Shown one piece after another: positions 37,573 through 44,516 of a DNA stretch of 64,000 nt; positions within the stretch are counted from its first letter, which is position 1; each line of letters begins with the position of its first letter. Origin of the DNA: Candidatus Iainarchaeum sp. (GTDB lineage: Archaea; Iainarchaeota; Iainarchaeia; Iainarchaeales; UBA10219). The notes beneath the pieces are model-generated. The model saw nothing but the letters and a program-made list of their open reading frames with translations, ran no database searches and was not told the origin of the DNA. Position numbers and translations under genes: made by a program. The stretch is from assembly GCA_018304425.1 (NCBI GenBank), contig JAGVWE010000004.1, positions 187,189 to 251,188 on the forward strand. The letters are read 5' to 3'.

Positions 37573-39277
37573 CCCTCCAGCGCCTCATTCACATCCCCAA
37601 AAACCTTTCCCGCTCCGTTCTTTCGGAGCAGTTCCCTCAACTCCCTTCCCTTGTCTTGGGGCGGCAGCACCCCGACCGCGGTCAAGCCCGCCCGCCGGGC
37701 CGCCTGCTGGTCGTCTGGCGTGTCCCCGAAGTAGGCCCCAGCCGCCGCAGGACCTCCTTCAACCCCCACGGGCCTGGCTTGGCCTTTCCGGGAGGCACGT
37801 CCTCCATGCACACGACCTCCGCGAACAAGTCCCGCACCCCAAAGCGTTGCAGCGCAAACTCGGCTTCCGCTCTCGGTCTGCCCGTGAACACCGCCAGCCG
37901 ATACCTTTCAGCCAACCGCTTCAACCCTTCCTTGTCCGCCAGCAGTTTCTCGTTGGCAATCAAGCCGCCAAAGTTTTTGCCGAGGTAAAACCCCTGGAAC
38001 ACTCGCTTCACCGTCGCCAGCTCCGCTTTCTTTCCCTTCCGCTTGGCCAGCTCGCGGCTCAGCTCCCAGTCGCTGTTGTAGCCGCCCTCGTTCTTCAACG
38101 CCTGGATTTCGCCGGCGCTCGCCTTCTTCCCGGTCAACCGTTCCACTGTCAACCGGATGGCCTCGCGGTAGGATTTCCGCACGTCGACGAGCACTCCATC
38201 GATGTCGAAGACGAGCACGGGCTCGGCAAGTACGCCCTTCAGTTCGCGCACGAAGCGTTTCATCTGCTTCCGCGTGCCAATCGTCACCCGACAGCAGCCC
38301 GCCAACAACGGGTAACCGGAGCGGTCGCGCACCAGCACCCCGCGCTCGCGCAGCTTCCGCACCACGAACTTCACCTGCGACCCCAGCCGGAGGATGAAGG
38401 CGTTGGCTTTGCCGAACCGCGCTTCCACACCCAACCGTTTCAGGGCCTTCCGCAGCCAGGCCCGGCTCTTCCCCACTTCCCGGACATAGGCCCGCATGTA
38501 GGCCAGGTCCCCCAAAGCCGCCAGCCCAGCCCGCAAACCGGCTCCGCTGACCGGATACGGCCTTGCAGCGGCCGCCAGCCTTTCGATGACGGGCGCCTGT
38601 GCCAAGGCATAGCCCATGCGCAGCCCCGCCAAGCCGAAGGCCTTGGACAGCGTGCGCAGCACCAGGAGGTTGCCATATTTCCTGAGCATGGGGACCAGGG
38701 TCTCCCCGCCGAACTCGATGTAGGCCTCATCCACCAGCACCAACGCGTTCGGCGCGCGGCGCAGCAGCCGTTCAACCTGCTTGCGCGTGACCGTGGTTCC
38801 CGTCGGGTTGTTGGGCGAGCACACCACGATTGCGGCCGTCCGCGCGTTCACCGCCCCGAGCACGCGCTTGAGCGGGAAAGAAAACCCTGCGTCGTCGTCC
38901 AACAACACTTCCCGCACTTTCAATCCCGCCAGCTTCGCGTACAACTCGAACGGTGAGTACGTCGGAACCGGGAGCACGACTTCGCCGCGCGGCCTCCGGA
39001 TGGCGTCGAAAATCTTGTCGATGGCCTCGTCCGAGCCGTTGAACAGCAGGACGTTCTCCGGCCGCACCTTGCAGTAGGCCGCCACCTTCTCCGCCAGCCG
39101 CCGGCTCTCCGGATAAGCGGCCACCACTTCAGCCGTCAGGCCCCGCAACGCCTTCACCACCTTCGGGCTCGGCCCCACCGTGTTCTCACCGAAGTCCAGT
39201 CGCAGCTTGCCCAGCCTCCCGGCTATGGGCGGAACGTACTTTTCCGCTTCCATGACCTCTCCTCGCATTCCCATCAT
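37563..39277 (-). CDS. hisC: Histidinol-phosphate aminotransferase fused to a HAD phosphatase; frame break near 37738
   Basis: NGSDE, SPNNPTG, VDEAY, RTLSKAFGLAGLR; HAD motif FDIDGVLVDV; AYFGDTPDD continues in another frame to 37563. Confidence 0.88.
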
Positions 39278-40566
39278 TTCCGTTTCACCTCGAACCGTTT
39301 CTCCACCGACTTCCTGTGCGCGTCCAGCCCCTCTTCCCGGGCCAGGCACGCGACGGCCGGCCGCAAGGCCTCCAAACCCCTGCGCGACAGCCTTTCCACG
39401 TTCTGGAACCGCATGAACTCAAGCACGCTCAACCCGGACGAGAACCGGGCCGCGCGCCCGGTCGGCAAAACGTGGTTGGTGCCGCTCGCATAGTCTCCGG
39501 CCGCCTTGGGACTCCAAGGCCCCAGGAAAACCGTGCCCGCGTTGACGAGCCCATCCACAAACCGTTGGCCGAAGCCCCAGACCTCGGCGTGCTCGGCCGC
39601 GAAGTCGTTGGCGAACCGCAGGACCTGTGCCTCGTTTTTTGCGAGGACAATCAGCCCGTTTCGTTTCAGCGACTGCCGTGCAACTTGGCCGGTCGCCAGT
39701 TCCCCCAACTGCTGCTTTAACTCCTTTTCCACTTGCCGCGCCAGCTTCCGCGAAGTCGTGACCAGCACGCTGCGCGCGTTGGGCTCGTGCTCGGCGGAAG
39801 CCAAGAGGTCGGCGGCCATCCATTCCGGGTTCCCGCTTTTCGCCAGCACCAGCAGTTCGGTGGGCCCGGCCAGCAAGTCGATGCCGACCTCGCCGTAGAC
39901 GAGCCGCTTGGCCGCCGTGACATACGCGTTTCCCGGCCCGAAAACCTTGTCCACGCGTGGAATGCTTTCCGTGCCGTACGCCATCGCGGCAATGGCTTGC
40001 GCGCCCCCAACCTTGAAGATGCGGTCGGCTCCCGCCAGCAGGCAAGCAGCCACGATCAAGGGATTCGCTTTCCCGTCCTTCCGCGGCGGCGTGCACACGA
40101 TTTTCTCGCGCACGCCCGCCACCTGCGCGGGCACCAGGTTCATCAGCGCGGTCGATGGCAGCGGATATCGCCCGGCAGGGACATAGACCCCGACGCGCTC
40201 GATGGGCCGCACGGTCTGCCCCGCGTATATGCCGTTACCGAAGCCTTTTGCCCAGCTTTTAGGCAGGGCCGCCCGCTGGAAATCCGCGAGGTTCTTCGTC
40301 GCGCACTTCAACGCGCTCCGCTGTTCCTTTGTCAGGCCGCGCAGGGCCGCGCGTTTCTCGGCCGCGCCCACTTCCAGTTCGTTTGCCGATAGCGTGACCC
40401 GGTCGAACCGCCGCGTGAATTCGCGCAGGGCAGCGTCGCCGCGCCTGCGCACGGCCTCGAGTATTTCCCGTGCCGCTGGCTCCGCTGCGCGGTTCGCTTC
40501 CGCTTTCGGTTTCACCAACCGTTCATAGTCCGTTCGCGAAACCCCGGCCAACTCGACCCGGGTGAA
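39274..40566 (-). CDS. hisD: Histidinol dehydrogenase; probably initiated at ATG 40603 via a +1 shift, alternative TTG start 40551
   Basis: GVYVP.G, GGAQAIAAMAYGT, GPGN.YV, AGPTE, AEH, GDY..GTNHVLPT. Confidence 0.95.
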   Translation of the reverse strand, partial: FTRVELAGVSRTDYERLVKPKAEANRAAEPAAREILEAVRRRGDAALREFTRRFDRVTLSANELEVGAAEKRAALRGLTKEQRSALKCATKNLADFQRAALPKSWAKGFGNGIYAGQTVRPIERVGVYVPAGRYPLPSTALMNLVPAQVAGVREKIVCTPPRKDGKANPLIVAACLLAGADRIFKVGGAQAIAAMAYGTESIPRVDKVFGPGNAYVTAAKRLVYGEVGIDLLAGPTELLVLAKSGNPEWMAADLLASAEHEPNARSVLVTTSRKLARQVEKELKQQLGELATGQVARQSLKRNGLIVLAKNEAQVLRFANDFAAEHAEVWGFGQRFVDGLVNAGTVFLGPWSPKAAGDYASGTNHVLPTGRAARFSSGLSVLEFMRFQNVERLSRRGLEALRPAVACLAREEGLDAHRKSVEKRFEVKRK

Positions 40567-40978
40567 CTAAACCCCTTCTGTCAGTCTTGCGACTAGTCGT
40601 CATAACCCAACCCACCTCCAAGAGAAGTTGTTGGGCTACCCCCAATGATGGAGTAACCCGTGGTGAACTAACTCAACCCGTTCGGTTGAAGAAAAGAAAG
40701 GGCCGGTGCGGGGAATTGAACCCCGTTCAGAAGGTCCACAGCCTTCTATCCTAACCGATAGACCACACCAGCCATTACGCCTTTTTACAAAAGGTGTGCG
40801 AAAACGTCCCATGCGCGGCATGGGACTGCCCTCAGTATTGGCTTCGCTAAAAGAGGGACAAGCGCTGAGAATAGTTTCATAGCTAGCCAAGTCAAGTAGG
40901 GCGTTATCGCCGGCTATGAAGTAAATTCCTTCTCATAGGTTAATCGCTCACATATCTTCCGTCTGCGGAGTTTAAATA
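40523..40978 (-). promoter_or_regulatory. his leader: TATA box, three uORFs with His-codon putative +1 shift sites, RBS-sequestering hairpin, embedded tRNA-His
   Basis: TATTTAAA 40978-40971; uORF 40936-40904 MRRNLLHSRR; frame ending VHHGLLHHWG* at 40636; uORF 40603-40523 with AGA AGG GGT TTA GTT CAC. Confidence 0.78.
40701..40773 (-). tRNA. tRNA-His(GTG) with encoded G-1
   Basis: G-GCTGGTG...CACCGGC-C; GAAGG-CT-GTG-GA-CCTTC. Confidence 0.95.
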
Positions 40979-40980
40979 GG

Positions 40981-41496
40981 TTATGGTTTGCCTTCCGCAG
41001 CCGCTTGTTCCTGTCTTTCTTGCAGCAGCCGCTGGGCCGCCTGGATGCCGGCCATCAGTTTAACTGGTTCCCTGGCCGTCAACACGAGTTTCTTGAAGTG
41101 CCCGGACTTCTTGTGCACCAACATGGACTGCTTGTGCTGGGAAACGAAGTAAAGCGTGTCTAGGCTCATGCGGACGCCCCACCCGATGTAGAACGGGACG
41201 CGGTCCACGAGTTCCGCCGACGAAATGTCTTGCACCGGCACCCGGTACGAGTAAAACGGCAAACGGATCTCCAATGCCTGCTCGGTGGCCACGAACCGCA
41301 TCAAGTACAACCAATAAAAGGCCAGGACTACCAGGCCCAGCGCGGCCAGGCCCGGCGCCAGTGACTCGATTCCCACGGCCTGCTGGGAGAGATAGTACAA
41401 CAACGCGGCCAACGCCGCGACCAACGCCAACCAGAAGCCCTTGAACGCCCAACCCACCGGCGCCTGCTCCTCGTACAAGACCCGTTCAACGGCCAT
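40981..41496 (-). CDS. Membrane protein, two TM helices plus a possible PH-like domain
   Basis: Hydrophobic hairpin followed by YIGWGVR motif. Confidence 0.7.
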   Translation of the reverse strand: MAVERVLYEEQAPVGWAFKGFWLALVAALAALLYYLSQQAVGIESLAPGLAALGLVVLAFYWLYLMRFVATEQALEIRLPFYSYRVPVQDISSAELVDRVPFYIGWGVRMSLDTLYFVSQHKQSMLVHKKSGHFKKLVLTAREPVKLMAGIQAAQRLLQERQEQAAAEGKP

Positions 41497-41640
41497 GCCC
41501 TATTCAAGTGCGAACCCGTATTTAATGGTTTTCGCGCAGCCTTTTTGGCTTCGCCAAAAAGCCTGGGGGAAAACGCTTCCTGCCTTGCAGGAGACAGGCG
41601 AACCAGCGAAGGCACGGCAGAAGCCGGAGAAAAAGGAAAG

Positions 41641-41661
41641 TGCACGGGGCAGGATCCGAAC
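41641..41661. repeat. Duplicated 3' end of tRNA-Leu (21 bp, 1 mismatch)
   Basis: tgcacggggcaggatccgaac vs tgcacggggcaggattcgaac at 41732. Confidence 0.85.
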
Positions 41662-41731
41662 AGCCTTTTTACAAAAGGCTGGCGAAAACGTCCGAATGCA
41701 ACCCCTTCTCGCTTCGCTCGAAGGGGTGGAA

Positions 41732-41815
41732 TGCACGGGGCAGGATTCGAACCTGCGAAGGCACTAAGCCACTGGCCCCTGAAGCCAGCACGTTTGGCCG
41801 CTTCGTTACCCGTGC
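41732..41815 (-). tRNA. tRNA-Leu(CAG)
   Basis: CTGGC-TT-CAG-GG-GCCAG, long variable arm, GGTTCGAATCC. Confidence 0.95.
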
Positions 41816-42056
41816 AGCTGACGAAGCGTCAGCTGGCACCGCATACGTCGTCCCATCTCGCTGCTGCTCGATGGGACATAAATATGCCGTGCTTTGCCTG
41901 CTTCAAACCTAAGAGGCTGGGAAAGGGTTTTTATGGCTTGCCATTGAAGAAAGGCAGTGGCATACGTGGTATGCCACCTTTTCCCAGGGCTTCGTTGTCC
42001 ACTTCGTGGACGACGCCACCAAAAGCGAAGCTTTTGATGGTTGTAAAAAGCCCTAG

Positions 42057-42130
42057 CGACCCCGTTGGGATTTGAACCCAAGCCTAGAGCTCCGGAGGCT
42101 CTTATGCAATCCAGACTACACTACGGGGCC
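42057..42130 (-). tRNA. tRNA-Arg(CCG)
   Basis: AGAGC-CT-CCG-GA-GCTCT. Confidence 0.93.
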
Positions 42131-42151
42131 AACCCCTTTTGCCGGGGCAAG

Positions 42152-42225
42152 CGCACCCACAGGGATTTGAACCCTGGCCGGCAGCTCCGCAAGCTGCTAT
42201 GCTATCCTGGCTACACTATGGGTGC
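42152..42225 (-). tRNA. tRNA-Arg(GCG)
   Basis: GCAGC-TT-GCG-GA-GCTGC. Confidence 0.93.
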
Positions 42226-42335
42226 AACGATACAGATTAACGGAGGGGGCTTTTTTAAAACCACTCCTAGGCGGAATATTTATGTCCCACCACAGGTGGG
42301 ACGACATAGGGCGTCCAGCCGCCACCTTCGTCCGG

Positions 42336-43412
42336 CTAAATCCAGCCCTGGCCCCCGCCTTTCCGTTCTTCCGGGGGAGCGGGCTCTTCGTCGTAGGCCG
42401 TTACCCGGTTGCTGTTCAGCAACAACTGGGTGTACGCGAACTTGAGGGCCTTGTCCAATAAGACCGTGTAAATGATGAGCAGCGGCTTGAAAACGAATTT
42501 TGTGAGCAAGTAGAACATGCTCGTGAAGACGAAGGCCACGACGAACCAAAAGTTTTTCTCGATGACTGCGAAGAGGGGCACCCGGGCTTTCAGGGTGGCG
42601 AACGCGCTCTGTTTTTCGGCTTCGCTGGGTTCCACGGGTTTCTTGGCTTTCAGCCTTTCAACGACTTCCTGTCGGTAGGCCTTGGAGCCGAGTTCGAGTT
42701 TCTTGGCCTGCACTTTTTTGGCGAACGCCGCAACCCTCGGGTCCAGGCTTTCCCCGAGTTTCTGGTATTCCTCGGTTTCCAGGAGGCCGTCCAAGAGCAT
42801 GCGCTGGTTGATGATGACAAGGCTCGCGTTTTCTTCCACCAATGCCCGGGTGCCGGCGCCGACCAGGGAGTTGGAGACCACAGCGGACTCGAAGTCGTTC
42901 AGGTAGGTGGCGGGGTTTCCGTTCACTGCCAGGGCAATGGAGGCGAACACGCCGAAGCTGATGAGCAGCGCCACGTAGCCGTATCCCGCGGTGATGGCTT
43001 TCACCAACGCGTTCCCCTTCACCGTGGACAAATACCAGTAAACGATTTCAATGAAGAGGAAGACGCTCAAGGCGTAGAACGTCAGCGGCCAGGCGAAGTC
43101 CACGAGGTTCTTGAACAGGAAGAGGGCGGCAAACCCTCCGAGCACCAGTCCCACGGCGGAGGCCAGGTGCATGTTCTCCTTTTCCTTGACCTCCGAAAAA
43201 GAGGCCACCAGGGCCAGTGTGAGGGGAAACAATAGGAGAAACGCGTAGAAGGGGAGCGACAGCACCTTGTCGAGGTTTTCTCCCAGCTTGCCGAGCATCA
43301 CGATTTCGGAGAGCTTCACGCCGGAAGCGTTGAGGGAAAACATCCACGCGAAAACCGTCAACGCAATCAAGGCAGCCAAGACAAGGGTTTCCGCGTCCAC
43401 CTTTAATGCCAT
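42336..43412 (-). CDS. Multi-pass membrane protein
   Basis: 358 aa, about 6 TM segments around a soluble helical domain. Confidence 0.75.
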   Translation of the reverse strand: MALKVDAETLVLAALIALTVFAWMFSLNASGVKLSEIVMLGKLGENLDKVLSLPFYAFLLLFPLTLALVASFSEVKEKENMHLASAVGLVLGGFAALFLFKNLVDFAWPLTFYALSVFLFIEIVYWYLSTVKGNALVKAITAGYGYVALLISFGVFASIALAVNGNPATYLNDFESAVVSNSLVGAGTRALVEENASLVIINQRMLLDGLLETEEYQKLGESLDPRVAAFAKKVQAKKLELGSKAYRQEVVERLKAKKPVEPSEAEKQSAFATLKARVPLFAVIEKNFWFVVAFVFTSMFYLLTKFVFKPLLIIYTVLLDKALKFAYTQLLLNSNRVTAYDEEPAPPEERKGGGQGWI

Positions 43413-43416
43413 GGGC

Positions 43417-44319
43417 TTACACCAGCACTATTACGTCGTTGTCCTTTAATATCATGCAGGTTTCGGCCTGTGCCACCATGGCGCCCTTTTGCTCCAGCAA
43501 AACCGGGTAGGGCCGGATGCAGCCCTTGAGCAGGAGCTCCCGCAAGCCCATCCTCCGCTTGAAGTCCGGCAACTTCAACTCGTTGTGGGCATACCGTTCG
43601 CTCCAGGGCAGGGTCTTGTACTTGCCGGCAATGAATTCCATGATTTTCCGGGCTTCCGGGTTCCGGATGGGCCTCGGCTCCTGCAAGCCATAGATTTCGC
43701 AGGCGCTTCCCTCGTGGATGAGCCCGCGGCCATTGGTTGCAAAGGGTTCAATGGCAATCGCCATGCCTTCCACGAGTTTCCTGGACTGCTTCAAGCCCAC
43801 GTTGGGCATGCTGGGATTGGAGTGCGTGGTCCACTGCTCGAGGCCGTGCCCGCACAGGTTCTGCACGGGCTTGAAGCCATACCCCTTAATCGTGTCCTCG
43901 ATGGCTTGCCCGATTTTCCCGACCTCCGCGCCAACCCTTACCCCGGCAATGGCGTTCTCCAAGGCCCTTTCGCTGGCCTCCAAGAGCTTCCCCCATTCCC
44001 CGGAAAAGTCCAGGGAAAAAGCCGCGTCCGCGATGTAGCCCTGGACTTGCACGCCCAAGTCCACCTTGATCAAGTCCCCTTCCCCGACCACCCGTTCATC
44101 GTCCACGCAGGGACTGTAATGGGCGGCTTCATCGTTTACGGACAGGTTAGCCGGGAAGGCCGGCCCAGCTTCTTTGTCTATATCAGTGATTTCCTTCTCC
44201 AGGCATTCAGCGATATCAAGCAGTTTAGCGCCTGGCTTAACCATTTTTCTGGCCTTTTTCTGCAATTCATGCAGTATTTTGCCTGCCCTCACGTAGTTTT
44301 TCGCAATGGTTTCATCCAT
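43417..44319 (-). CDS. map: Methionine aminopeptidase type 2
   Basis: AFPANLS.N..AAHY, KVDLG, GYIADAA, NLCGH, AIEPFAT, AQAE. Confidence 0.95.
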   Translation of the reverse strand: MDETIAKNYVRAGKILHELQKKARKMVKPGAKLLDIAECLEKEITDIDKEAGPAFPANLSVNDEAAHYSPCVDDERVVGEGDLIKVDLGVQVQGYIADAAFSLDFSGEWGKLLEASERALENAIAGVRVGAEVGKIGQAIEDTIKGYGFKPVQNLCGHGLEQWTTHSNPSMPNVGLKQSRKLVEGMAIAIEPFATNGRGLIHEGSACEIYGLQEPRPIRNPEARKIMEFIAGKYKTLPWSERYAHNELKLPDFKRRMGLRELLLKGCIRPYPVLLEQKGAMVAQAETCMILKDNDVIVLV

Positions 44320-44516
44320 CCAACATCCCACCAACAAAGTTCCCCAAAAGCTTAAAACCCCATGCCTTCGCCTAATGGATGCGTTTAATCAGCCAAACGG
44401 CCGCCAACAACCCCCGGAAAGCAAGCCCGGGCACCGGCCGGCACGCTCAAAGTCGTTGGCGTTCCTTGGCCGGGGTTTCCCCCCAACCAGGTTATGTAGC
44501 GTGTTGTTTCGCCCGC

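Noticed and set aside
8057-40528. Many long antisense or alternative-frame ORFs over trp, aro and his genes
   Set aside because: Shadow ORFs expected from high GC3; no recognisable motifs
40636-40890. 84-aa ORF as an independent protein gene
   Set aside because: TTG start without an RBS and overlaps tRNA-His; better explained as the post-shift leader frame
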